A DNA stretch of 63,010 bases, filler included, from an uncultured bacterium (GTDB lineage Bacteria > CAYJRR01): the NCBI GenBank assembly GCA_964372275.1. It is 12 parts of 12 records of this genome, joined end to end, with 100 filler letters (N's around TTAATTAATTAA, not from the genome) between each part and the next. Parts side by side here need not be neighbours in the genome. Positions count along the whole stretch, not along the records: positions 17,609 to 23,287 come from CAYJRR010000193.1; positions 23,388 to 28,923 come from CAYJRR010000195.1; positions 29,024 to 34,554 come from CAYJRR010000196.1; 9 more parts are not named here. One strand, written 5' to 3'. The position numbers were made by a program, and so were the translations under genes. Below are positions 20,887-30,410 of the stretch, piece after piece. The notes below the pieces were generated by a model. The model was not told the DNA's origin. It ran no database searches and saw nothing but the letters and a program-made list of their open reading frames with translations. Every line of letters begins with the position of its first letter. Within the stretch, counting starts at the first letter, position 1.

Positions 20887-22325
20887 GCCGTCGCCAGCGC
20901 CCGCCGCAGGAACGACTCGGTCCAGACGTGCACGTCCCCGGCGCGCACCCGATCGCGGAGCGCGCGCATCCGGCGCTTTCGTTCCTCCTCGGGGGAGTCC
21001 AGGACCTCGGCCAGCCGGTCGGCCATCCCCCGGACGTGACGCGGATTGACGCGCCACGCTTCGGGCAGGATCTCCGCCGCGCCGGCCTGGTCCGAGAGGA
21101 CCAGCGCCCCTCCGCCGTCCGGGTGCGATGCCACGTACTCCATCGCCACCAGGTTCATCCCGTCCTTGAGGGGCGTCACCAGCGCCACGTCGGCCGCGAG
21201 GTAGAGCGGCGTCAACCGCGACGTCGGGAGGCTGCGGGTGATGTAGCGGATCGGCGTCCAGCCCGGTTCGGTGAAGCGGCCGTTGACGCGCCCGACCGTC
21301 TCGTCGAGATCGCGCTTCATCTGCCGGTACTCCTCCACCCGCGTCCGGCTCGGCACCGCGACCTGGACGAGCGACACCCGGCGCCGGAACGCGGGATGGC
21401 GTTCGAGAAGGCTCTCGACCGCGAGCACCCGCTCCTTGATCCCTTTGGTGTAGTCGAGGCGATCGACGCCGACGAGGAGCCATTCGGTCCGGAAGTCTCG
21501 TCGCAGTCGCGACGCGGCCGCAATCCCCTGTGCACTCGCGGCCAGCCGCTCGAAGCGGTCGACGTCGATCCCGATCGGGAACGACCCGACCTCGACCCAG
21601 CGCCCGGCCCAGCGGACGCGCCCGCGCTCGGGATCGACGTGACACCCCAACCGCTCCTCGCACGCGGCGAGGAAGTTCTTCGCGTAGCGATCGACGTGGA
21701 ACCCGACGAGCGACGCCCCGAGGAGACCGCGCAGGATCTCGTCGGCCCAGGGCAACGTCCGCACGATCTCCGGCGCCGGGAACGGGATGTGGTGGAAGTA
21801 GGCGATCGTCGCCCGCCCCGACACCGCCTGCCGGAGCTCCGCCGGGACGAGCATCAGCTGGTAGTCGTGCACCCAGACCAGCTCCCCGGGCTCGACCGTC
21901 GCGGCCACCGCCTGCGCGAAGCGGTGGTTGACCGCCCGGTAGTCGTCCCAGTCGGCGTCCTCGAACCGGGCCCGTCCGACGAAGCCGTGGAACACCGGCC
22001 ACAGCGCCCGGTTGGCGAAGCCGTCGTAGTAGCCCCCGGCTTCGCGTTCCGAGACCGGGATCACGCGGAGCGTGTAGGGAGCGCCCTCCCCCGCCGTCGC
22101 GGCGGTCCTCGGACGCCCCGCGGCGCCGCGGCGCCACGCAATCCAGGTCCCGCGCGTCTTGCGCATCACCGGGTCGAGCGCCGACACCAGGCCGCCGACG
22201 GTCGGCGTGTAGCGCGGACCCAGCGCCGTCTGCTCCACCTCGAACGGTTCCCGATTGGAGACGACGACCAGCTTGCGCCCGGCGAGCAGCCCCTCGACCG
22301 CGGCCTCGCCCGGAGTTTCCGCCAT
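20883..22325 (-). CDS. otsA: Trehalose-6-phosphate synthase
   Basis: VVSNR, GGLVSAL, WVHDYQL, HIPFP, GVDRLDYTKGI, DGMNLVAMEY. Confidence 0.96.
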   Translation of the reverse strand: MAETPGEAAVEGLLAGRKLVVVSNREPFEVEQTALGPRYTPTVGGLVSALDPVMRKTRGTWIAWRRGAAGRPRTAATAGEGAPYTLRVIPVSEREAGGYYDGFANRALWPVFHGFVGRARFEDADWDDYRAVNHRFAQAVAATVEPGELVWVHDYQLMLVPAELRQAVSGRATIAYFHHIPFPAPEIVRTLPWADEILRGLLGASLVGFHVDRYAKNFLAACEERLGCHVDPERGRVRWAGRWVEVGSFPIGIDVDRFERLAASAQGIAAASRLRRDFRTEWLLVGVDRLDYTKGIKERVLAVESLLERHPAFRRRVSLVQVAVPSRTRVEEYRQMKRDLDETVGRVNGRFTEPGWTPIRYITRSLPTSRLTPLYLAADVALVTPLKDGMNLVAMEYVASHPDGGGALVLSDQAGAAEILPEAWRVNPRHVRGMADRLAEVLDSPEEERKRRMRALRDRVRAGDVHVWTESFLRRALATA

Positions 22326-22448
22326 CGCCGGAAGACGATGGGGCGCTCTCCGCCGGACGCAAGTCCGCCCGTGGCGGCGAACGACCGACGCCGCCATCCG
22401 GGGGGGTTGCGGCGGCCGACGGCTTGCTGGTATGGCTCCCCGCGCGTG

Positions 22449-23287
22449 ATGTTCGACCTGCGGATCGTCGGCGCCGATCTCCACACCGTCGGTTCGCCGG
22501 GACGAATTCCCGGCGGCGCGATCGCCGTGCAAGGGGGGACGATCGCCTGGGTAGGGCCGACGTCGGGTGCGCCCGACGCCTATCGCACGATCGACGCGCA
22601 CGGCCGGGTCGTGACACCCGGATGGATCGACGCGCACACGCACCTCGTCTTTGCGGGGGACCGAGCGCTCGACTATCGGCGGCGCGTCGAGGGAAGGAGC
22701 TACCGCGAGATCGCCGAGGCCGGGGGCGGGATCCTCTCCACCGTCCGCGCCACGCGCGTCGCCTCCGAGACGGAGCTGATCGAGGCGGCGCGACCTCGAC
22801 TCCGGCGATTCCTGGAGCATGGCGTGACCACGGTCGAAGCGAAAAGCGGCTACGGCCTCGAACCCGAGAGCGAGCTCAAGATCCTGCGGGTCGTGAAGCG
22901 CCTCGGAGAGCTCCAGCCGGTCGAAACGGTCGGGACCTTCCTCGGGTGCCACGCCGTGCCCCCGGAGCATCGCGAGAACCCCGACCGCTACGTCGAGCTC
23001 GTGGTGCGCGAGATGATCCCGGCCGTGGCCGCCGAGCGGCTCGCCGTCTTCTGCGACGTCTTCGTCGAGCGCGGATTCTTCTCGGTGGAACAGGGGCGGC
23101 GCGTGTTGGAGGCGGGTCTCGCCGCGGGGCTCAAGCCCAAGATCCACGCCGACCAGCTCACGGCGGGGGGCGGCGCGGAGCTCGCCGCGAGCGTCGGCGC
23201 CGTCTCGGCCGACCACCTCGACCGCGCGTCGGAGGAGGGGTTGCGGCGGCTCGCCGCGGCCGGAACGGTGGCGGTGCTGCTCCCCGG
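22449..23287 (+). CDS. hutI: Imidazolonepropionase, 3' truncated
   Basis: PGWIDAHTHLVFAGDR, GGGILSTVRATR, GVTTVEAKSGYGL, KIHADQL, SADHL. Confidence 0.96.
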
Positions 23288-23387
23288 NNNNNNNNNNNNN
23301 NNNNNNNNNNNNNNNNNNNNNNNNNNNNNNNTTAATTAATTAANNNNNNNNNNNNNNNNNNNNNNNNNNNNNNNNNNNNNNNNNNNN

Positions 23388-24461
23388 GAGCGGATCGAGG
23401 ATCTTCGCCGCGGCGCCATCGCGCTCGATCGACCAGACGGCGCCGGGATCGCCGGTCGCCGCCCAGACGCCGTCGCCGCGCGTCAGGAGCGCGAAGATCG
23501 ACGCCCCGGGCGCGGTCCAGACCAGTTCCGGGTACCCGTCGGGGCGCAGGCGGTAGAGCTGCGCCGGCGGCCCCTTCTTCGGATCGGCGTGCGTCGTCGC
23601 CGGCGTGGCCGCCGCCGGCGCGGAGGGGGACGCGGCTCCCGGGGCCGAAGGCGCGGACGTCGCGGGGGCGGCCGGCGCGGAGACCGCCGGCTCCGATTCG
23701 TCGCCGACCGCGGCGAACCAGATCGCGCCGTCGGGCGCGACGGCGATCGCCGAGACCTCGCGGCGCGGGGCGTCGAAGAGGACGAAGCGCGAGCCGTCGG
23801 CGGCGAAGCGGATCAGCAGCCCCCGGCCGTCGGTGCCGGCGAGCAGCCGCCCGTCCGCTCCCCAGGCCAGGCTGCGCACGTGCGCATCCCCCGCTTCGAA
23901 GACGACCCCTGCCCGCCCGTCGGCCTCGATGGCGCGGACGCGACCGGGCGATCCGACTCCGACCCACAGGCGGCGGCGCGCCGGCTCGGGGAGCAGCGCC
24001 CAGGCGTACGCTTCGTCCGCGTCCAGCAGCAGGCTCGGACCGCGCGGATCGGCGCGCACGACCTTGGCCCCGGGGTTCACCGCCGCGACGACGCCGTCCC
24101 ACGAGGCCAGCGCCTGCGTCTGCGGCTCCGGCACGTCGAGGACGACGCGCGCCGCCCCCCGGTCCGGGACCTCCCATACCTCGCCCGAATCCCCGGACGC
24201 GGCGAGGAGGCGGCCCTCGTGCAGCAGCAGCGACCAGAGATACGGCGCCGCGGGGGCCGGGAGCTCCGCGCGCTCCGGAGCGACGACGATCGTCCCGCGC
24301 GTGCTGGGGGCCGCGCCACGCGACTCCCCCGCGGGGAGCTGCCCTCGCGAAAGCGGCGTCCACACCCGCTCGGTCGCCGCCGACGCGACGCCGGCCGTCA
24401 CCACCACCGCCATCGACGCGGCGCGCGACCATGCGCATCGCCGACGTCGCCCGACGCTCAT
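23388..24461 (-). CDS. Exported beta-propeller (WD40/NHL-like) protein, 3' truncated
   Basis: Signal peptide; repeated blades YLWSLL, YAWALL, HVRSLAW, EVSAIAV; start overlaps the S55 gene stop. Confidence 0.75.
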
Positions 24462-26188
24462 GGAACCACCTTCAGACCCAGTTCCGCGGAGCCGACGACG
24501 CGGCCGCCGATCGACATCTTCACCTCGTCGACGACGCTCTCTCCGAGCGGCTCGGCGCCACCCGCCCCCTTCTCCGCGCCGCGGACGACGCCGAGCGCGG
24601 AAGGGGGGAGCGCCGGCATCGGGACGCCGCGGATCGTCGCCCCCGCCGACGCGCGCGCCAGCCGGACGTAGAGGAAGTCCTCGGCACGGCGTTGATTGAG
24701 GACCGCGATCAGCGCGCGGAGATCGTCGGACTTCGGCGGCCCCGCGTTCGGCGGCGGCGTCACCCGATCCTTGGCCTCGAAGTAGCGCGCATCGCCGACC
24801 TGAATCGTGAGCGGACCGGGCGGCGTCCCTTCCGGCACCCTCATCCGCACCTCGCGCAGCTCGACCGGTCCGCGGTAGGGGCGCAGGCGAACCCGCACGC
24901 CGACCGTCTCCCCGGCACGGACCTCGGTCCGCTCGGCCCAGGCCGCGTCGATCGACGACTCCCGACGGCCCTTCTCGACGCCGAAGGCGAGCTCGACGCG
25001 CTCCACCTGGGCGGGGGCGAGCTCGTTGTCGAACAGCCGCTGAAGCGTCGCGAGCAGCTCGCCCGCGATCGACGGGATGGCGCTGCCGCCGGCGCCGGGA
25101 TCGAAATAGGTGCGCGACAGCGTCACGTCGGGGAGTCCGTCGACGGCGATGCGGCCGTCGAGGCGAACCGTCCCTTCGGCGTCGTAGACGGCGTTCCCCA
25201 CCAGGCTGTTGACCACCGCGGCGGCGGTCATCGGCGCCGTCAGCGTGCGGTTGCGGAAGACGCGGAAACGGACCTCGCGCGGAACCGACCCCTCGGGCAG
25301 CCGGACCGTCACCGGAATCATCCGTGCGGCGCGTCCGATGCGGCCGGCGATCGCCGTCCGGTTGTCGCGGACGACGCTTCCGACGACGCCGGTCGTACGC
25401 CCCAGCTTGAACGACAGCGCGCTCGACGGCACGGTGGCGACGATCTCCGCCGCCCCCATCGGCATCTCCACGTCGCCGTAGAGGAGGAAGGAGTGGCCGA
25501 AGGCGAGGACCTCGTCGCCGTTCCGCCAGGTGACGGTCCCGGTCGCGGCGATCTGGACGTCCCCTTCGACCAGCAGCCCCGAAACGGCGCCGCCCGGACG
25601 GATGCGCGCGGCCGCCGCGACGTCCCCGCGGGAACCGTCGCCGCCGGCCGTGGTCACGAACCCATACGGGGCGAACAGGGAGCGCGCCGCTTCCACGCCC
25701 TCCGGCGCGAATCCGGAGAGCGCGAGCGGCGTGCGGATCGGGATCAGCTCGTGAGACGCCGATTGCGGCGTGCCGCCCGCCGGCGCGGCCCCGGGCCAGC
25801 CGCGCGATCCGCGCACCCGAAGCATGCTCTCGATCGGGGTGATGCCGGCGATCGCCTCCTTCTGGAACGCGCCGTAGGCGAGGGACAACGCGCCGATCAA
25901 CTTCCCGTCGACGAAGACCGGCGAACCGCTCATCCCGGCGACGACCCCGTATCGTTCGGCGTTCTTCCCCAGGAGCCGGGCGACGATCACGTCCTCTCCG
26001 GGCCCCCAGGCGCCGGGCAGCACCCCCAGGATCTCGCAGTCGAACGTCTCGATCTCCTCGCCGCGGTAGACCGTCCGGCCCTCGCAGCGCATCCCGGCGC
26101 GGATCTCGGCGACGGGGAGCGTGTCCGGCTGGGTCTCGACCGCGGAGGCGGCGGCCAGGAACGCGGCGGCCAGCGTGGCGGGCGTCAT
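24458..26188 (-). CDS. SpoIVB-like peptidase S55 domain protein
   Basis: GM..EGRTV..EILGVL, GVVAGMSGSPVFVDGKLIGALS, GITPIESM, ATGTVTW, LAFGH. Confidence 0.88.
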   Translation of the reverse strand: MTPATLAAAFLAAASAVETQPDTLPVAEIRAGMRCEGRTVYRGEEIETFDCEILGVLPGAWGPGEDVIVARLLGKNAERYGVVAGMSGSPVFVDGKLIGALSLAYGAFQKEAIAGITPIESMLRVRGSRGWPGAAPAGGTPQSASHELIPIRTPLALSGFAPEGVEAARSLFAPYGFVTTAGGDGSRGDVAAAARIRPGGAVSGLLVEGDVQIAATGTVTWRNGDEVLAFGHSFLLYGDVEMPMGAAEIVATVPSSALSFKLGRTTGVVGSVVRDNRTAIAGRIGRAARMIPVTVRLPEGSVPREVRFRVFRNRTLTAPMTAAAVVNSLVGNAVYDAEGTVRLDGRIAVDGLPDVTLSRTYFDPGAGGSAIPSIAGELLATLQRLFDNELAPAQVERVELAFGVEKGRRESSIDAAWAERTEVRAGETVGVRVRLRPYRGPVELREVRMRVPEGTPPGPLTIQVGDARYFEAKDRVTPPPNAGPPKSDDLRALIAVLNQRRAEDFLYVRLARASAGATIRGVPMPALPPSALGVVRGAEKGAGGAEPLGESVVDEVKMSIGGRVVGSAELGLKVVP

Positions 26189-26745
26189 CGCGCCTCCTGG
26201 AACCGCTTCCGCTGCCGCTTCAGCCCTTCGTCGTCGGGCTCGAGCTCGATCGCCCGCTCGATCGCTTCCAAGGCGGCGGCGCGCTCGCCGCGTGCGAAGC
26301 GCACCTCGGCCAGCGTGTCGAGATAGGCCGCGCGCGTGCGATCGATCTCCACCGCGCGGACGGCCGCCGCGAGCCCCTCGTCGAGCCGCGCCTTCGTCTT
26401 GGCGAAGAGCCAGGCCAGGTTGTTCCAGGCCCGGGCCGAGCCGGGATTGAGCTGCGTCGCCCGGCGATACGCCTCGGCGGCGCGTGCGTTGCGGGTGGGA
26501 GATCCGAATCGGACTCCGCGCGGATCGACGGTGAGCGCGTCGCCGTAGTCGGTCCAGAGGCGGTCGTCGTCGTTCTTGGCGGCGATCGCCTTCTCGAGCT
26601 GCTCGAGCGCGAGGTTCCACTTTTCGTCGCGGAGGTAGTCGATCGCGGCGCGGTGGAACACCCGGTAGTCCTCCACCCGCACGTCGGCGCGCGCCGGTGG
26701 GACAAGCAGGAAAAGCACCGCCAGAAGCGATCCGAGCCGCGACAT
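26185..26745 (-). CDS. Exported TPR protein
   Basis: Signal peptide; AWNNLAW, YLDTLAEV, AIERAIELEP. Confidence 0.85.
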   Translation of the reverse strand: MSRLGSLLAVLFLLVPPARADVRVEDYRVFHRAAIDYLRDEKWNLALEQLEKAIAAKNDDDRLWTDYGDALTVDPRGVRFGSPTRNARAAEAYRRATQLNPGSARAWNNLAWLFAKTKARLDEGLAAAVRAVEIDRTRAAYLDTLAEVRFARGERAAALEAIERAIELEPDDEGLKRQRKRFQEAR

Positions 26746-26845
26746 CGGGTGACGCAATCTACCACGCAGCGCGCGGGCCGGCTTTCGACACGCATCTCGG
26801 TCGAGGGCCGTCGCAATCCGCGTGCGTCGGACAACGACCGCCGCG

Positions 26846-27709
26846 CTACGCCGCCCGCTCGCGCGCGTCGGCGAGGACCTGCTCCCGCTCCTCGGGTGAG
26901 TATTGGATTGCGAGAACGTTCCCTTCGCGCCACAGAGAGAGGAGCGGCTCGTCCGATCCGAGCTCGCACACGATCTCCTCCTTGAGCACGATCCGCCGTG
27001 CCGGAACCGCGGATCGGAGCTCGTCGAACGCGCTCCAGCCGGCGTCCGCCGACATGCCGGCATTGAACACGAGCTGGCGAAACGTGCCGTCCTCGAACGT
27101 AACGGTGAAGGAGGAGAAGGACACCCCCAGCCGGAGCGGCGGGAGATTCGTGGCCACAGAGCCGCCGTTGTCCTCGAACTCCGGAAACCGCTCGCGAACC
27201 TGGTCGTGGCTCATCCCTTTCCACGGCAACGCACCGTTTCCGGCGTAGCTCGCCAATACCTTCGCGAAGACGTCGGCCAGCTCGATGTAGGGCTCGATCG
27301 TCATCTGAACGTTGTCGCCGGGGTATTCATGGATCCACGCCCGGAGCTTCGCCTCGTGGCGAAACCATGCGTTGCGCTCGATGCCGTCCGCATCGACCAG
27401 CCTCTTCGGTGGACCCCATATGCGGGACAACTCGGCGACGACCGCAGGAGACGCACCGGGCCGGAAGCACAGGCGGACGCCGCTGCAGAGGCGGCGCACG
27501 TCGGCGTCCAGGTAGAAGCGGAACGGGATCTCCTGGCCCGATTCCGACTCGATCGTGAGCTCTCCGGCCTCGTCAAGGGCGTCGTATGTCGCTCCCAGCT
27601 CCTCCCCGCCCAGCCCCCACGGCGCCCTGGTGAAGACGCGCGGGACGTCGGGACCCTCGGGCGAAAACAGATCGTCCATTCGAACGCGCGGCGAATCGAG
27701 CTTCAACAC
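26846..27709 (-). CDS. Hypothetical protein
   Basis: 287-aa ORF with globular composition, GTG after AAGGGGG; two related segments (APWGLGGEEL / LPWKGMSHDQV). Confidence 0.65.
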   Translation of the reverse strand: MLKLDSPRVRMDDLFSPEGPDVPRVFTRAPWGLGGEELGATYDALDEAGELTIESESGQEIPFRFYLDADVRRLCSGVRLCFRPGASPAVVAELSRIWGPPKRLVDADGIERNAWFRHEAKLRAWIHEYPGDNVQMTIEPYIELADVFAKVLASYAGNGALPWKGMSHDQVRERFPEFEDNGGSVATNLPPLRLGVSFSSFTVTFEDGTFRQLVFNAGMSADAGWSAFDELRSAVPARRIVLKEEIVCELGSDEPLLSLWREGNVLAIQYSPEEREQVLADARERAA

Positions 27710-27838
27710 GGTGAACCCCCTTCTTGACCGGCCACAACGCGCGAACCGCGGCGCGGTAACGGGTTGAGCGTCGGCTCAGTCCCGGCCGGCGGAACGATCA
27801 CCGCGGGGCTCACCCAGCCGTGCGGTCGCGAGCGCTCC

Positions 27839-27899
27839 AGGGGGTGTCCCTCCTTCGAATCCGCCGCGAAGCGGCGGTATCGCAATGAGGGATACCCCT
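27839..27899. repeat. REP-like/terminator hairpin at the stop of the upstream gene
   Basis: GGGGTGTCCCTC...CCGCCGC-GAA-GCGGCGG...GAGGGATACCCC. Confidence 0.7.
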
Positions 27900-28923
27900 A
27901 GTTCGCCCAGCCGAGGCGGATGCCGGCGGTGGCGAGGCCGTCCTCGCCGACGTCGCCGCCGTCGATCTGGAAGTAGCCCATCGACAGACCGAGGCCGACC
28001 ACCCAGTGCCGCCGGAGAAGGAACTCCACGTCGAGCGAGGCCCTCGCCCCCATCACGTCGGTCTTGACCGTCCCGTAGCCGTCCGGTCCAGGGCCGTTCG
28101 CGACGTCGTCCGGATCGAGGAAGGCGTACTCGCCGGCGGCGCCGGCGATCGAGAAGGTCAGCCAGCGCGTGGGCCGCACCCCCAGACGCAAGCCCCCCAT
28201 GAACGCCTCGTGATGGATCTCGGAGGATCCGGTCTCGAGGTGCCAGCGCGAAAACGAGCCCTCCGCGGCGACCAGCCATCGCCTTCCGCGGTAACCGATC
28301 GAGACGCCGTCGAAGAGGCCGAGCTCCTCGAAATCCTCGTCCGGATCGTCGACCTCGAGGCCGATGGCGGCGCCGCCGGAGTAGACGGCGTAGAGGCCCG
28401 ATTGCCGCGCGGGCGGTTCGCCGACGCGCGCGACCGGCGCCGGCGGACGAGTCGACGGGGAGGCGGGGCGACCCGCCGACGAAGGGGGCCGCGCCGAGGC
28501 GACCGCGACGTCACCGCCCTTCGGCGGCCGGGTGGAGGAGTCCGCCTTGGCCGCGGCCCCCGTCGCGCCCGATGCCGACGACGGCGGCCCCGACGTCGCG
28601 GGCGCAAGCGCCGTCCCAGCGGCGATCGGTGGCGGCGGCGGCGGCGGCGACGGCGGTGGCGGCGGCGGCGGCGGCGACGGCGGTGGCGACGAGCCCGCGG
28701 CGGCGCCGATCGACGGCGCGTCCGGATCGAGGCCCGAGCCCGGCTCGGCGAGGGCGGGCGCCGCTACCGCGGCGGCGGCCGCCGGCCGCGCCTTCGACCC
28801 GGGCGTCGGGGCGCCGCGGGGAGCGGCGGCGCGCGGCGCGCGGACGGCGCCGGGCCGGCCGGCCAGCTGCACCACCAGCGGCGTCATCCCGGCGACGACG
28901 GTCGTCGTCTGCTCCGATCGCTC
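27898..28923 (-). CDS. Pro-rich linker plus C-terminal small beta-barrel (OmpA-like) domain, 5' truncated
   Basis: Poly-Pro tract, then amphipathic strands ending TAGIRLGWAN. Confidence 0.65.
   Translation of the reverse strand, partial: ERSEQTTTVVAGMTPLVVQLAGRPGAVRAPRAAAPRGAPTPGSKARPAAAAAVAAPALAEPGSGLDPDAPSIGAAAGSSPPPSPPPPPPPPSPPPPPPPIAAGTALAPATSGPPSSASGATGAAAKADSSTRPPKGGDVAVASARPPSSAGRPASPSTRPPAPVARVGEPPARQSGLYAVYSGGAAIGLEVDDPDEDFEELGLFDGVSIGYRGRRWLVAAEGSFSRWHLETGSSEIHHEAFMGGLRLGVRPTRWLTFSIAGAAGEYAFLDPDDVANGPGPDGYGTVKTDVMGARASLDVEFLLRRHWVVGLGLSMGYFQIDGGDVGEDGLATAGIRLGWAN
28627..28687. repeat. 27-bp tandem duplication (~2.3 copies) encoding poly-Pro
   Basis: CGGTGGCGGCGGCGGCGGCGGCGACGG at 28627 and 28654, partial third copy at 28681. 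Confidence 0.85.
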
Positions 28924-29023
28924 NNNNNNNNNNNNNNNNNNNNNNNNNNNNNNNNNNNNNNNNNNNNTTAATTAATTAANNNNNNNNNNNNNNNNNNNNN
29001 NNNNNNNNNNNNNNNNNNNNNNN

Positions 29024-30358
29024 GCCTCGGGCCTCCGCCGGCTGTCCGCGCGCGTCGTCCCGTCCGCCTTCTCGATCGCCGTCCTGCTGACGGTCGCCAC
29101 CGCGGCGCTCGCCGTTCTCGCCGCGGGCAGCGCGCCGGCGAAGGTGCTCCGCGCGTGGGGGGACGGCTTCTGGTCGCTGCTCGCCTTCTCGATGCGCATG
29201 GCGCTGGTGATGTTCACCGGAACGCTCCTCGCGTTGTCGCCGCCGGTGCGTCGCCTCCTCGAGCGGCTCGCGGCGATCCCGCGATCGCCCCGGGGCGCGG
29301 TCGTCTTCATGGCGCTGGCGTCGATGGGGCTCGCGCTCGTCAACTGGGGCCTGTCGATCGTCGGGAGCTCGCTCCTCGCGCGCTTCCTCGCGCGCCGGCG
29401 CTACGGCGCGGAGGGGCGTGGGGCCGACTACCGGCTGCTCGTCGCGTGCGCCTACTTCGGCCTCGGCGCCACCTGGCACGCCGGGCTGTCGGCGAGCGCG
29501 CCGCTGATCGCCGCCACCGCCGGCGAGCCGATCACCCAGACCTTCGGCGTGGTGCCGATCGACCAGACCCTCTTCTCGGCGTTCAACCTCTCGCTGGTGG
29601 CGGTCGTCGTCGTGGCGCTGGCGGCGCTCGCCTACGCGCTCCATCCGCCGCCCGGGGAGGAGGTAGTCGTCGACGCGTCGGCGCTCGACCGCGTGACCGA
29701 CTTCGCCCCGCCGCCGCGCCCCGCCACGCGGACGTTGGCGGCGTGGCTCGACCACGCGCCGCTCCTGAGCGCGACGATCGGTCTGGCGGGTCTCGCCTAC
29801 GTCGCGGTGCGATTCGGCGATGTCGGCTGGAGGAAGATCGACCTCGACCTGGTGAACCTGACCTTCCTCTCGCTCGCCGTCCTCCTCCACGCGCGGCCGG
29901 CGAGCCTGGTCGCCGCCGCCGAGGAGGCGAGCGGGACGCTCGCCGGCATCGTGCTCCAGTTCCCGCTCTACGCCGGGATCTACGGCATCTTCCAGGGGAC
30001 GGGTCTCACCGAGGTGATCGGCCACCTCTTCGTCCGTCACGCCACCGCCGACAGCTTCCCCGCGCTCGTCTACGCCTACTCGGGGATCGTCAACTACTTC
30101 GTCCCGAGCGGCGGCGCCAAGTGGACGATCGAAGCCCCCTACGTTCTGCAGGCCGCGCGCGAGCTCGGCGTGCCGAACGCGAAGGTCGTCCTCGCCTACG
30201 CCTGGGGGGACATGGCGACCGACCTGATCCAACCGTTCTGGGCGATCCCGCTCCTCGCCGTCGCCAAGCTCGAGTTCAAGGAGATCCTGGGATTCCTCTT
30301 CGTCGCCTGCGCCGTCAACGTCGCGCTGGTCGGCGCCGCGTTCGCGCTCTACCTTTGA
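29024..30358 (+). CDS. atoE: Short-chain fatty acid transporter (AtoE family), 5' truncated
   Basis: WGDGFWSLLAFSM, NWGLS, WHAGLSASAPL, QFPLYAGI, FVPSGG, AWGD...QPFWAIP. Confidence 0.92.
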   Translation, partial: ASGLRRLSARVVPSAFSIAVLLTVATAALAVLAAGSAPAKVLRAWGDGFWSLLAFSMRMALVMFTGTLLALSPPVRRLLERLAAIPRSPRGAVVFMALASMGLALVNWGLSIVGSSLLARFLARRRYGAEGRGADYRLLVACAYFGLGATWHAGLSASAPLIAATAGEPITQTFGVVPIDQTLFSAFNLSLVAVVVVALAALAYALHPPPGEEVVVDASALDRVTDFAPPPRPATRTLAAWLDHAPLLSATIGLAGLAYVAVRFGDVGWRKIDLDLVNLTFLSLAVLLHARPASLVAAAEEASGTLAGIVLQFPLYAGIYGIFQGTGLTEVIGHLFVRHATADSFPALVYAYSGIVNYFVPSGGAKWTIEAPYVLQAARELGVPNAKVVLAYAWGDMATDLIQPFWAIPLLAVAKLEFKEILGFLFVACAVNVALVGAAFALYL

Positions 30359-30410
30359 CGCTCGACGAACGCGTGCGAAGCGAAGGCCCGCTCGGGTCTG
30401 GCAGACGCGA

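Noticed and set aside
26766-26779. GG-N10-GC upstream of the TPR gene as a sigma54 site
   Set aside because: Weak match expected by chance at this GC content; the extended -10 explains the region better
28627-28687. GGC tract as a phase-variation locus
   Set aside because: Unit lengths are multiples of three and encode a poly-Pro linker, so slippage would not switch the frame
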